This document shows, piece after piece, positions 1 through 9,992 of a stretch of DNA of 64,000 nt. The notes under the pieces were generated by a model. That model had not been told where the DNA came from and did not search any database. It was given only the letters and a program-made list of their open reading frames with translations. This DNA is from Candidatus Kaiserbacteria bacterium (GTDB lineage Bacteria; Patescibacteriota; Minisyncoccia; Phycocordibacterales; UBA918), in contig JANPGF010000011.1 of NCBI GenBank assembly GCA_031423775.1, positions 31,502 to 95,501 on the forward strand. The letters run 5' to 3'. How positions within the stretch are numbered: position 1 is the stretch's first letter; each line of letters opens with the position of its first letter. The translations under genes and the position numbers were made by a program.

Positions 1-454
1 GAGTACCGTATATACCCCGAACGCAAAAGACGACCTGTCTCGGATTCCCATGCGCGAGGCCTGGGATCCGGCGTACCTCGAATATATGTCCGAACTTGAA
101 GCTATGAAACCGGTGATCTATTGCGGTGACTTTAATGTGGCTCATACCGAGATTGATCTCGCCCGACCCAAAGAGAATGACGGCAAGAAGGGTTTTACTG
201 TCGAGGAACGAGCCGGATTCGACGCGATGGAAAAAGTCGGATTTGTCGATTCTCTCCGTCATCTGCATCCAACCGAAACGGGACTCTATACCTGGTGGTC
301 ACACTGGGGAGGAGCGCGTGAACGGAATGTTGGATGGCGGATTGACTACATCATGGTGTCTCCTGCCCTCCTACCACTCCTAAAAAATGCACGCATTCAC
401 CCCGATGTTTTCGGTTCAGATCATTGCCCGGTTTCAATTCAAATTTCACTGTAA
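1..454 (+). CDS. xth: Exodeoxyribonuclease III / AP endonuclease (5' truncated by window)
   Basis: Motifs GDFNVAH, YTWWS, GWRIDY, GSDHCP. Confidence 0.95.
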   Translation, partial: STVYTPNAKDDLSRIPMREAWDPAYLEYMSELEAMKPVIYCGDFNVAHTEIDLARPKENDGKKGFTVEERAGFDAMEKVGFVDSLRHLHPTETGLYTWWSHWGGARERNVGWRIDYIMVSPALLPLLKNARIHPDVFGSDHCPVSIQISL

Positions 455-630
455 CAAGTAATGCCAGAACAGTCACAAAAGAACACGAAACATATGATTG
501 TCAAATATAAAATAAGCAGTACAATTCCATGGCTCAACAGAGCCATGGAATTTACTTTTTTAAATCTAAAAGGAGCTGCGTCTTTTATAAAGGACATTTA
601 AAATGCAGTTGTACACAGTTATCCACCATG

Positions 631-665
631 ATGTCCTTTACGATATATCCTAAAGGACATACTAT
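631..665 (+). promoter_or_regulatory. Sigma70-like promoter overlapped by a 10-bp inverted repeat (operator-like)
   Basis: TTTACG-N17-TACTAT (637-665); ATGTCCTTTA...TAAAGGACAT (631-660). Confidence 0.5.
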
Positions 666-669
666 ATTG

Positions 670-1096
670 ATAGGCCCAGAGAGGGCGAGCAGGAGCCTTC
701 AGAGTTCGGATCACAAACTAGTTTGCGACCAGAACCCTGAAGGTTCCCCTTAAAGAGAACCTTCAAAATTAAGAGTATTACCTCCAAAAAACTCTAACAA
801 AGCACATAGAACAAACCCACCTAGAAGGACGGATGCAATCGAAATCTTCTTACAAGTTTGCACCAAGGTGATGAGATGAACGAGACCTTGCCGATATTTG
901 CAAGCAAAATTGATTTCGGTAATGAGCAATAAAACTTAGGTTAGTACCAATGTAGTACGCCACATAGAGGCCAAGCCTCTCCAAAAGTAACGCTCAGATT
1001 GAAGGTAGAACGAACGGGTGATAGGAAGCATAAAGGCCTGAGGACATTAGTAGCAAATCATCTAACGATTAGCTTCTGATACCCCCAGGCCTTTTT
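670..1096 (+). ncRNA. Unassigned ~420-nt structured RNA candidate
   Basis: No credible ORF; many stems (696-743, 864-890, 966-980, long-range 759-766/999-1006); terminal stem 1032-1094 followed by T-run. Confidence 0.5.
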
Positions 1097-1150
1097 CTAT
1101 GTCTTTTTTATATATTTGGTGCATACTGTTGTTAGTATGTGGAGGGTGGC

Positions 1151-1384
1151 ATGGTGAAACCAGAAGAAACGTGTCCGGTATGTCTGGGGACAGGGGACGA
1201 CCCCGGTGGTTGTGGCTGTCGTTGTGTAACAGCTGAAGAGATTTCCGTCTGTACACTACCTGGTTGTGTATTCTGTGACTGTGTCGGCTGTGGTGGTTCT
1301 TGTTGTTATTGCGGTGGATCAGGCAAAGAGTCTGATTGGAAGCCCGGTGGTCCTTATGAGCGTCAACGAAAAGGCCGAGTGTGA
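1151..1384 (+). CDS. Small Cys-rich protein with DnaJ-type CxxCxGxG zinc-finger motifs
   Basis: SD GGAGG before ATG 1151; CPVCLGTG and CCYCGGSG. Confidence 0.6.
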   Translation: MVKPEETCPVCLGTGDDPGGCGCRCVTAEEISVCTLPGCVFCDCVGCGGSCCYCGGSGKESDWKPGGPYERQRKGRV

Positions 1385-1477
1385 AACTTGGCCTTTTTCT
1401 GAACATATTTTGCATTAAAACTGGCCATTTTATGGTTATTTTGCTTTACTATGTATGAAGCAAAACAGGAGGCTCTT

Positions 1478-1954
1478 ATGACGCTGGAATACATTGTGGT
1501 ATTACCAATCAGTTCTTTGGAAATAGGAAATTATCTTGAAAACACCGGTCTGCATTGTACTCTGATGCACTGGTTCGCTTTGTCACCGAGTCTCAGTGAG
1601 ATAGACGTGATGGGCGCTATTGCGCAGCTGAGGCCCAGTGATGGTTCAGATGGAATTGATTTATATGCTGAACAGCATGGACTATTTGGTCCGAATGGTG
1701 ATGTGCCGGTGAGTATTTTGGCAGAAAATGCTGTTTTACACAGAATGCATAATGATTTGCGTCGGTTCCTTGGCGGTCATCAATGTAAACTGGCCAGAAA
1801 CGACTGGATCGGTGCAAATTACCGCCCTCACGTCACGACGATTCCGGGTAAAGAGTTTGCAGTCGGCGCCTTTCACCGAGCAACCCAGTTGGCTTTAATT
1901 AGACGAAATATTGGTAACAAGTATAAAGAAGTCATCCATCTCAGACGATTCTGA
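1478..1954 (+). CDS. 2H phosphoesterase (2'-5' RNA ligase/LigT-like)
   Basis: Two HxT motifs (LHCTL, PHVT); SD AGGAGG. Confidence 0.75.
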   Translation: MTLEYIVVLPISSLEIGNYLENTGLHCTLMHWFALSPSLSEIDVMGAIAQLRPSDGSDGIDLYAEQHGLFGPNGDVPVSILAENAVLHRMHNDLRRFLGGHQCKLARNDWIGANYRPHVTTIPGKEFAVGAFHRATQLALIRRNIGNKYKEVIHLRRF

Positions 1955-1998
1955 TTCAGAGAGAGGTACGCCAGCCACCTTTAAGTGCTGGTATTTTT

Positions 1999-3471
1999 TT
2001 AACCCACGTTATGTTCACGCGCAATTTCTTTGAGGGCGGCGGCTTCTTCGGCAGCTTGTTTTGCCTTGCCAGCTTCAGCTAAAATGGTGAGTGCAGCTTC
2101 TGTAAGTGTATTGAGTTCTAAAACCCTTGATTCCAGGTACTCGTTTGAGTTTTTCCCCGGGTCTATCAACACCTCTTCCATGAGTGCATTCAGTATATAT
2201 CCCAGCTTTTTCCCCGGCTTTTCCCCAGTTAACACCATAATACGGGAGCCATCAACTTTGAGCATTTTGACTGAAATTGGATCACGGAGGGCTTCATCCA
2301 CCATGGCTTTGTATTTGCGGAAGCGGAATGGCTGTTCTTTTGGTCTCCCGGTACCAATGCGGTCGCAAACCCGGAGATTCAAGAGGTTTTCAATATTGTT
2401 TTCACCAATACGGACAATAGTGCGGCGGACAGCAGCCAAGGTAATTTCATCCGGATCACTGAAGAACATATGCCAGCGCACCAATTGGACTACTTCATCA
2501 ATTGTTTCTCGCGGCATTTTTAAACGTTCGAGGATTTTCTTGGCCATTTTAGCGCCAACTACTTCGTGACCAAAGAAGGTGTAGTGTTTATTTTTACCAC
2601 CGGTCCTGCGAGTTGAAGGCTTCCCGATGTCGTGTAACAGGGCGGCGAGGCGCATATTGGTTGAAAAACCTTTGTCTGCTGCAGCCTGCAGGGTGCGAAG
2701 GAGATGTTCATAGACATCAAAGGCATGAATCCCACCCTGTTCACAACCCATTGCCTCACGGAGTTCTGGCAGGATGTAGTCTTGAAGGCCCATTTTTTCG
2801 AGTAGAACAATTCCCTGCATTGGTACGTCAGAATTAATGAGTTTCACAAATTCGCTACTCACCCGTTCAATCGCAATTTTCTGTAATAATGGCGCTGTCG
2901 CAGTAATCCCCGCCATAGTTTCAACCTCGATCATAAAATTGAGTTCAGCCGCGAGACGAATCGCTCGCATCAATCGAAGTGCGTCTTCACCAAACCGGTC
3001 GTGTGGGTTCCCGACGGTTTTGATCCGCTTCTTCCGAATATCATCAATCCCCTCATATAAATCTACCGTTTCATCGGTTTTGATCCGGTATGCAATTGCG
3101 TTAATGGTGAAATCACGTCGAGCAAGGTCTTCAGATAGTGAAACTCCAAAGGTGACATGATCTGGACGTCGTGCGTCACTATAGGTTCCTTCGCTTCGGT
3201 ACGGTGTTACTTCCACTACTTTTAAACGAGCATCTTCTGTTTCTTCGTTCTTTACCCCAACGGTGCCGTAGTCGTTGTTGCAGAAACTCTCGGGAAACAG
3301 TGCTTGAATCTTGTCCGGATGAGCGTTGGTAGTAATATCCCAATCCTTTGGCTCTTTGCCTACAACTAAATCCCGCACACACCCCCCAACCAAATACGCC
3401 TCAAACCCCGCGGTTTCAAGGATCTCTGAAATTCGTCGAACCTCAAGCGGGATTTTATGGGCGTCTATCAT
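1999..3471 (-). CDS. cca: CCA tRNA nucleotidyltransferase with HD domain
   Basis: LVGGCVRD, DWD, RRDFTINA, EDALR, LLHDIGKP. Confidence 0.93.
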   Translation of the reverse strand: MIDAHKIPLEVRRISEILETAGFEAYLVGGCVRDLVVGKEPKDWDITTNAHPDKIQALFPESFCNNDYGTVGVKNEETEDARLKVVEVTPYRSEGTYSDARRPDHVTFGVSLSEDLARRDFTINAIAYRIKTDETVDLYEGIDDIRKKRIKTVGNPHDRFGEDALRLMRAIRLAAELNFMIEVETMAGITATAPLLQKIAIERVSSEFVKLINSDVPMQGIVLLEKMGLQDYILPELREAMGCEQGGIHAFDVYEHLLRTLQAAADKGFSTNMRLAALLHDIGKPSTRRTGGKNKHYTFFGHEVVGAKMAKKILERLKMPRETIDEVVQLVRWHMFFSDPDEITLAAVRRTIVRIGENNIENLLNLRVCDRIGTGRPKEQPFRFRKYKAMVDEALRDPISVKMLKVDGSRIMVLTGEKPGKKLGYILNALMEEVLIDPGKNSNEYLESRVLELNTLTEAALTILAEAGKAKQAAEEAAALKEIAREHNVG

Positions 3472-3548
3472 ATATGAATTGTATGGGTAAAGTAGATGTT
3501 TGTACACAACTTCCATGTACATTCGAACTCCAATGCTATGATATATAC

Positions 3549-4226
3549 ATGAAAGCATTAGTTCAATACAAAGAACAAGCCATTGCGTTTCGTAAAAAAG
3601 GCTATAGCTACAAAGAGATTTTGGCAGAATTGCCAGTAGCAAAGAGTTCATTGTCTCTTTGGTTAAGGGATACCCCGCTTACTTTGACCGAAAAGGCAGT
3701 CTTAAGAAACCGAACCGACAGTAATATTTCACATGGTCGTATCAAAGCTGCTGCAGCAGCACGAAATAATCGCCTAGAACGTGAACGGGTACGCCTCCCT
3801 GAAATTATAAGATTGTTTGAAAAATATAAAAACGAATCACTATTTCAACTGGGTATTGGTTTGTATTGGGCTGAAGGAGCTAAAAGTAGTGGTAGTGTAC
3901 TATTTGTGAATTCGGATGCCTCGATGGTGAATATTGTTTTGAAGTGGATCGAAGCGTTTACAGAGTATTCCCGTGAAAATTTGCGATATCGTTTATATGT
4001 TCATAAACCTTACGCTCATGAGGAGTGTGATAAGTGGTGGGCTAAAGAGTTACAAGTCCCCCTCACGCAATTTACGGCAATTTCTTATAAACCGACAAGT
4101 AAAGGGGTTAAAATTCGCAAAAATTACAAAGGGTGTATGCGCGTTGAAGTGCCTAAAAGTACTATATTACTTCATTCTCTTAAGATTTGGACCAGTATGC
4201 TAGTTGAATATCATAACAAAAAGTAG
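3549..4226 (+). CDS. HTH plus LAGLIDADG-like domain protein upstream of tRNA-Arg
   Basis: N-terminal RKKGYSYKEI...KSSLSLW HTH; GIGLYWAEG motif followed by FVNSD. Confidence 0.65.
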   Translation: MKALVQYKEQAIAFRKKGYSYKEILAELPVAKSSLSLWLRDTPLTLTEKAVLRNRTDSNISHGRIKAAAAARNNRLERERVRLPEIIRLFEKYKNESLFQLGIGLYWAEGAKSSGSVLFVNSDASMVNIVLKWIEAFTEYSRENLRYRLYVHKPYAHEECDKWWAKELQVPLTQFTAISYKPTSKGVKIRKNYKGCMRVEVPKSTILLHSLKIWTSMLVEYHNKK

Positions 4227-4275
4227 TACACTGCAAGTCATTCAAATTAGTTATTTGTTTGAAACTAAAGAATTT

Positions 4276-4350
4276 GCACCTGTAGTGAAACGGATATCAT
4301 ACCGGTCTTCGGAACCGTTGTTCCAGGTTCGAGTCCTGGCAGGTGCACCA
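4276..4350 (+). tRNA. tRNA-Arg(TCG), CCA encoded
   Basis: Acceptor GCACCTG/CAGGTGC; anticodon loop CT-TCG-GA; T-loop GTTCGAGTC. Confidence 0.95.
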
Positions 4351-4557
4351 GAGTAAACAACAAAAATACCATTCGAAAGAATGGTATTTTTGTTGTTTAG
4401 TATCTGCCCTGCGGCAGATACGGGCTCTGGTGCAAACCGCAGGCATGTTTTGGCTATTCCTAATGCCAAAACAGCCGAGGTGGGGTCGACAGCACTTACT
4501 ACAATTGGAACGTAGTGACCAATTTTAGTTAGTGACTGGGTGACCACCTGTGCAATG

Positions 4558-4878
4558 TTACGAATAAATCCCCCAATCGCGAACAATATGCCAGTGTGGC
4601 ACCCAGTGCACAATGTTCGCCGGATCAAATTTCTTTTCAATTGTTTTTATCGAAATAATTTGTTCAGGTTTGAGTGGTACCGGGTGCTGCGGCTCACTGC
4701 TTGTGGAATAGAAGTGGTATCTTGGTTCCCCTGTACTGCTGCGACGCCAAGGTCCGTAATCAAGCGGGATGAGTGTTTGAGTCACTAATCCTTTTGTGAC
4801 AGCATTGTAAGTCACTTCAAGTACTTCGCAATTTTGAATTGCACTAGTAAAAACATCCTTTAAAATCAGGTCTTTCAT
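4558..4878 (-). CDS. Hypothetical protein, possibly a stand-alone WYL-like domain
   Basis: AI...LEVTY...LIPLDYG...YHFY pattern; 106 aa. Confidence 0.45.
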   Translation of the reverse strand: MKDLILKDVFTSAIQNCEVLEVTYNAVTKGLVTQTLIPLDYGPWRRSSTGEPRYHFYSTSSEPQHPVPLKPEQIISIKTIEKKFDPANIVHWVPHWHIVRDWGIYS

Positions 4879-5118
4879 TTGGTTATATGATTAGTGTGAA
4901 CACTTGTCAGCTTGACCAGTAATAATACAGGTCTATACTGAAAGTATTCACAATAGTGATTAATTTACAAAACGCGTTACTTTTTGCGAGGTGCGCATTT
5001 TGTTTATATATTATACCACGCGGTCATGCGTCACTTTTTTGCACTTTATTTTGTGGATTCTGTTCATAACTCTCATTTAATTAAGTGAAGTACTCCGACC
5101 GTTATATACTAATCAAAC

Positions 5119-5619
5119 ATGCCCACCCTACTTTCCTACCCAACCGACCAATTTGTCTATAAATACCTCGCGGGTCCCGTTGAAACAGCCGCAGAAATTG
5201 AAGCTGGGGTGGTTGAGGGTAACTGTCGCTATGCACTCCAGCTCTATTTTTACCGGTTACATGGAAAATTCTTTGAGCGGGATGAGATATATTTACCGGG
5301 CGGGTATAAAGTCATTGGCGAGTTTATCTTTAAAGAAGAACCAATAGATTTTACGGTGCTACAGTCAGGTGATGTCATATATGCGCAAAACCTGCGAAAT
5401 AAAGAAGGCTATGACGTTGATAAGAGTTTGGAACGTTATAAAGACAAAGACGAGTGGTTGTATTATCTCCATTCTGCCGTCTATGTGGGCGCGATTGAGG
5501 CCGGTAGTAATACTGACTATATCTGGCATGCAACCCATATTGGTGGCGGACCAGTGTTATGGACTCTAGAGCATTTTTTGTACTACTATAAACCGATATC
5601 TGCAAAACGTGTGCTGTAG
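5119..5619 (+). CDS. NlpC/P60-like papain-fold protein
   Basis: GNC, GDVIY, HSAVYVG, IWHA (C-H-H triad order). Confidence 0.55.
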   Translation: MPTLLSYPTDQFVYKYLAGPVETAAEIEAGVVEGNCRYALQLYFYRLHGKFFERDEIYLPGGYKVIGEFIFKEEPIDFTVLQSGDVIYAQNLRNKEGYDVDKSLERYKDKDEWLYYLHSAVYVGAIEAGSNTDYIWHATHIGGGPVLWTLEHFLYYYKPISAKRVL

Positions 5620-5650
5620 TACAGATCTCTGTTTGCTATACTATTCTCAT

Positions 5651-5842
5651 ATGCAAATCATACATCGAATCTTGCGAGCCCTCGCTACTGTTGCTGTCAT
5701 CGTGCTCGGTATCCTTGGTATTTTAGCGATTTTAAATGTTATCACGCTTGATCAGGTAACGCAGTCAGCGCTGAAAGTGGGGATGGTGCTTGGAATTGTT
5801 GGTGTGATGGCAGTCGCTATCGCACTTTTGCAACGACAGTAG
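5651..5842 (+). CDS. Small two-TM membrane protein
   Basis: Two hydrophobic stretches; followed by terminator hairpin. Confidence 0.6.
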   Translation: MQIIHRILRALATVAVIVLGILGILAILNVITLDQVTQSALKVGMVLGIVGVMAVAIALLQRQ

Positions 5843-5935
5843 GAACTGTAAAATTAAAAGCCACCCGAATCATCAGGTGGTTTTTTGTTGTTATGGCTAG
5901 TAAATAAAGCGTTTTTCAGTCATACTAAAGTCATT

Positions 5936-6575
5936 ATGAAACGTACCGTTATGTTGTTGGCCGGGAATGCTCTGGCCGCTTTTATGGACTTTGGGATTGG
6001 TACCGCGATAGCAGCTGGTGTTGCAACTTGGTATGGAACAAGCTTGCCTTGGTATTTAGTTTTTTTAGGTGGCGTACTTTCGCTTGTGCCGGACTTTGAT
6101 TTAGTGCCGTCCGTGATTCGTGGCATATCACCATCATTTGACCATAGACAAACCCCATTTCATCGACCACTGTTAATGCTGCCGTTGACCATTACTACCG
6201 CCTATCTCTCTCTTTGGTGGCGGCATGTGGGCACTGATTACCGGGTTATGTGTTTTTGGCCATTACATACATGACACTAATTTTGTTGGTACCAACTATG
6301 GTATTGCCTGGTTCTGGCCTTTTTCGCATCAATATTGGTCAGTGTCTGGTTCATTTACTCCCGAAGTACATGTTGGATCGCACCATGAATGGTTACTTCA
6401 AAACTGGCTTAAGCCCTCGGTTCTCTCGCTGCGAGAAATTAGCATTGGATTGCTGGGACTCGGTGTTGCACTCTGGTGTATGGCCGTCCCCGCGCAAATA
6501 ATTGCCCTAGTGGTACTGCTTGCAGTTGTGGCGGTAAATAGTTTTTGGTTTACTGTTCGTTTTCTTTCTGCTTAA
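5936..6575 (+). pseudogene. Membrane metal-dependent hydrolase (YdjM-like), frameshifted
   Basis: PDFD and HRQTPFH in the first frame, GHYIHD...FWPF in the second; break at a CT run near 6205. Confidence 0.65.
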
Positions 6576-7329
6576 TGGGAAGGCCAATTTCCCAAACTGT
6601 GTCAAAGAAAGCCTTCATCATTTCGGTATGTTCGGTTGATTGCATAAGGACCGCATAACAGTCTTTTTTTGGAGATACATAGAGCGTTTTGTCGTCGTAG
6701 ATGAAAAACGTTGTGGCAAAACGGTTATGCATGGGAATCGGTAACTGTTTAATGTCTGAAGTGCTGTAGTATTCATCCATAATGCTCCGTTTCGGAATAT
6801 CTTCCCACAGGGCGATGGTGGTAATGGAGCGTTTTTGTTTCTCCTGAACGTAATTTTCAACAAATCCCCTCCCCATTTCGTGGAAAAAGTTCTCCGCCGG
6901 CACAATACTGCGGATGGTTTTGTCTTTGCTGTATAAACTATAGGAAATCGCACCCGTGATAGTTTCAATGGTATCAAAGTAGGTTACTAGGGTTTTTCCT
7001 TCAGATTTCTGAGTCGGATAAAAGCGTTCTAATTGTTTTGTTTGTAGGAGGAGACGTTCCTGCTGTCTAATCGTGTTCTCGACGAGGGCCGTGAGGTGTG
7101 AGAGTGATGCAACCTGGAATTTATTGCCATATTCTCTACCTGTTTTATGAACCAGTCCCCTTTTTTCCAGGGAGTTGAGCGAGTAGTAGATAGTTGGCCG
7201 CTTTTCAGCTGTTGTTTTTATTATCTCTTGGACGCTGCGTGCTCCGCCCAAGAGCGCTTGGTAAACAACCACTTCTGCCGGGGCGAGGCCGATCTGTTCG
7301 AGGAGTGTCTCTATATCGCGGGTATCCAT
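6550..7329 (-). CDS. TrmB-family transcriptional regulator
   Basis: GL...EVVVY, RPTIYYSLNSLEKRGLV; C-terminal IYDDK. Confidence 0.85.
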   Translation of the reverse strand: MDTRDIETLLEQIGLAPAEVVVYQALLGGARSVQEIIKTTAEKRPTIYYSLNSLEKRGLVHKTGREYGNKFQVASLSHLTALVENTIRQQERLLLQTKQLERFYPTQKSEGKTLVTYFDTIETITGAISYSLYSKDKTIRSIVPAENFFHEMGRGFVENYVQEKQKRSITTIALWEDIPKRSIMDEYYSTSDIKQLPIPMHNRFATTFFIYDDKTLYVSPKKDCYAVLMQSTEHTEMMKAFFDTVWEIGLPIKQKENEQ

Positions 7330-7427
7330 ATCACTAGTTGTATAGTCATTATTATACAAGATTGAACACTGCCTGTGCAACCGGTATGCTTCCCTCAGAA
7401 CGTTCTTTATTGTGAAAAGGAAAAGAG

Positions 7428-7811
7428 ATGACTTGCTCAGTAGTCGTGCTCGTTATTGCACATCTGATTGGCGACTTTATGTTCCAGACTACCAACATGG
7501 CTGATCGGAAATATCTCGCTGGTTGGTTGGGGACTCTATGGTGTACGCTCCATGTGACTATCTATACTGCCGGGTTGGCGTTTGCGCTCCAGAGTATGTC
7601 CCCGTACCTTCTGCTTGGTATCTTTGTCCCGCACTGGTTGATTGACCGCTATTCACTCTCTTACCACTGGATGCAGTTGATTGGTCGAGCCGCCCTGTTG
7701 TCTCACAAGCATCCTACTAAAGCAGCATTTGGCGCCATTATCTATGTAGTGACTGATCAGACATTGCATCTAGTATCGCTCACTGTCCTCTTTACCTTCC
7801 TCAAACTCTGA
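7428..7811 (+). CDS. DUF3307-like membrane protein
   Basis: HLIGDFMFQ, H..IY, HWLID, DQTLH. Confidence 0.75.
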   Translation: MTCSVVVLVIAHLIGDFMFQTTNMADRKYLAGWLGTLWCTLHVTIYTAGLAFALQSMSPYLLLGIFVPHWLIDRYSLSYHWMQLIGRAALLSHKHPTKAAFGAIIYVVTDQTLHLVSLTVLFTFLKL

Positions 7812-7823
7812 AAGGAAAATATC

Positions 7824-8231
7824 ATGGGAATAAGCATGTTTGGTTCACGTTGTTCGTGTGATCCTCCGAAACGTAACGAACGGATTGTCTATGTGGAGGT
7901 TCCGGTATCTATGCCGGCTCCGTCATGTGCCCCCAGACTTCCTCTCGGAAATCCTGATCCGGCACGGTTTACCTTGGGGCAACTGCAGGCAATTGGTCGG
8001 TTTACGATTGTGCGGGTTCAGTACCCCGATTGTCACAATTTTGAAGGTGAGAAGATTTTGGTCTTTGAGGGGGTGTCAGTCAAAGAAGTGAAAGAATTAC
8101 GTACCCTTGATCCCCATTTCTGTAATGGTGCCCATCCGTCACCAGTCGCGCGGTTTGTTCCAACAAAAAATGGTGGAAGTATACCGTTGCTTTTTGCTCG
8201 GCAGCGTCTAAGGTTACTTAGAAGTATATAA
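7824..8231 (+). CDS. Hypothetical protein; C-terminus possibly frameshifted near 8172
   Basis: SD AAAGGA; YPDCHNFEGEKILVF, LDPHF, SPVARF. Confidence 0.6.
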   Translation: MGISMFGSRCSCDPPKRNERIVYVEVPVSMPAPSCAPRLPLGNPDPARFTLGQLQAIGRFTIVRVQYPDCHNFEGEKILVFEGVSVKEVKELRTLDPHFCNGAHPSPVARFVPTKNGGSIPLLFARQRLRLLRSI

Positions 8232-8276
8232 AAAGCCCGGCAATTTCTTGCCGGGCTTGGTTTGTTTACGAGGTTG

Positions 8277-9992
8277 TTATTCCCCGATCTTCTTCGCCGC
8301 TCCGCTTGTGAACGAAGGGCTGTGGACGAGCATGAACGCTTGCTGCTCGATCATATCGTTGATACACGTAAGCAAGGAAGGTTTCAGATTCTCTTCCGTA
8401 AAGAACCAGTTCACCGCCTGAACCGCCACCAGCTCTTGAAGCTGTTTGATCCGCCTATCAGACGTATCGCACTTTGCCCAAACCGGATGCCGGATGTTGA
8501 AGCGCAGCACCCCGAGGGTATCTTCAAAGATCCAGAGCCGTTCTTCCCCCGACAGATTCTCGTAGCTGAATTGGAGTCCAAATGAACCCCCTTCCACGAT
8601 ATGTCGCCGCGGCCCCTTTGGACCGGTTACCGTCAAAGGGTGATGGTCTTTGAGGGTTTGCGGAGGATCGGTTTGCGGCTTTGACGTACTTCCTCCGGTA
8701 GATGTCGCAGTAGTGCCGGTTTCTTTTTTAGTTCGCTGCGAAGGTACGTCTTGAACGCCCACAATGGCTTCGGCGTCACTGTGACCTTTTCCTATCGTTC
8801 CTTGCTTAAGGAGGTTAAGGAGTTCAGCTAAGTGTTTGAAACGCTCCGTGGTCAGCATAGCTTCGATGCTTTGCATCGATTCTAGTCCCAGTTTTTGGTA
8901 TCGTGCGCCCTGCTGGGATTCCTCGACGCTCTCTATATGGTGAGCACCAACTTCGAGGAACCACTGCTCGAGTGCTTGAGCGAAACGTACCAATCCGTCA
9001 TTCACATTGAATTGCTTACGGTTTTCATGCAGCGTAACGGCACCCGAATGGATCTCTCCTTCAAAGATCCCTGACTTGAGGGCATTCTTAACAGCTTCTG
9101 AGATATACTCGCCGCAGTTCTTGACGAGGAGGCCGAATTCAAAGCGGAACGGGTTGTGAGATTCACCTACCACAACCATCCCATTACTTTTCCCTTTGCG
9201 TCCTTCGGCCTTGGCCAGATAGAGACGAAAGGTCGTACGGATACCGTCACTATTGTGGATAAATTCAGGCAATCTCACTCCGGTATGTTCTGGAGCTTGC
9301 AAGCCATTTTGCGATTCGGTTTTACCAGCTTCGCTTGTGAATTCGATGTTCAGTAGAATCTTCTTGGTCCGCATGACAGACCCGTAACGGCTGAAGATCT
9401 CTTTGGCCAAGTCATCGATCGAACCGATCCGGCCAATCTCGCGATCGGTCGAATAGTTCCGCAGTGAGGTTTTTGTCCGCCACGTTACTTGGGAAACGAT
9501 TTTCGAATCGATGGTAAGGGTCTTGTTGGACTTTCCAAACCGAATGTTCGGTTGCGGAACGTGCGGGATACGTGGTTTTGGATTTGGTGCGATCTCTGCC
9601 GCACGGAAGGTCCACTGCATATAAGCGTCCACTTGGCCCTTGGGACACGAGGTGAAAGTCATCACCTCGCACTTATCAATGGGAGAAACCAGTCCATGCC
9701 CGAAGCGCCCCAACTTATCAGTCCCTTTGGACGATTGTCCGCGCCGCAGAAGGGCTTCGTTAAATTGTCCGGTTGACGTGCCCTCGCCATCATCAGAGAC
9801 ATCAAGACTACGCTTTTTCCGGTCAAGCTTCACCCAAATGTTTTTTGGGCTGCTATCGACCGCATTTTGAACTATCTCAAGGGTTGCAGCGATGAGAGTG
9901 GGATACAGTTTCGCAGACAGCATCAGGGAACTTCCCCCATGCATGCTGATCTCGCTGTCGCCTGCCGTCAGTGTAGTATTTTGCGCTATCAT
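8277..9992 (-). CDS. GHKL (MORC/MutL-like) ATPase-domain protein
   Basis: EIVQNAVDS, VSDDGEG, GRFGHGL Bergerat motifs. Confidence 0.8.
   Translation of the reverse strand: MIAQNTTLTAGDSEISMHGGSSLMLSAKLYPTLIAATLEIVQNAVDSSPKNIWVKLDRKKRSLDVSDDGEGTSTGQFNEALLRRGQSSKGTDKLGRFGHGLVSPIDKCEVMTFTSCPKGQVDAYMQWTFRAAEIAPNPKPRIPHVPQPNIRFGKSNKTLTIDSKIVSQVTWRTKTSLRNYSTDREIGRIGSIDDLAKEIFSRYGSVMRTKKILLNIEFTSEAGKTESQNGLQAPEHTGVRLPEFIHNSDGIRTTFRLYLAKAEGRKGKSNGMVVVGESHNPFRFEFGLLVKNCGEYISEAVKNALKSGIFEGEIHSGAVTLHENRKQFNVNDGLVRFAQALEQWFLEVGAHHIESVEESQQGARYQKLGLESMQSIEAMLTTERFKHLAELLNLLKQGTIGKGHSDAEAIVGVQDVPSQRTKKETGTTATSTGGSTSKPQTDPPQTLKDHHPLTVTGPKGPRRHIVEGGSFGLQFSYENLSGEERLWIFEDTLGVLRFNIRHPVWAKCDTSDRRIKQLQELVAVQAVNWFFTEENLKPSLLTCINDMIEQQAFMLVHSPSFTSGAAKKIGE

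Noticed and set aside
670-1096. RNase P RNA, tmRNA or group I/II intron
   Set aside because: No GAGGAAAGTCC, no tRNA-like ends and no intron core or domain V motif found by eye on either strand
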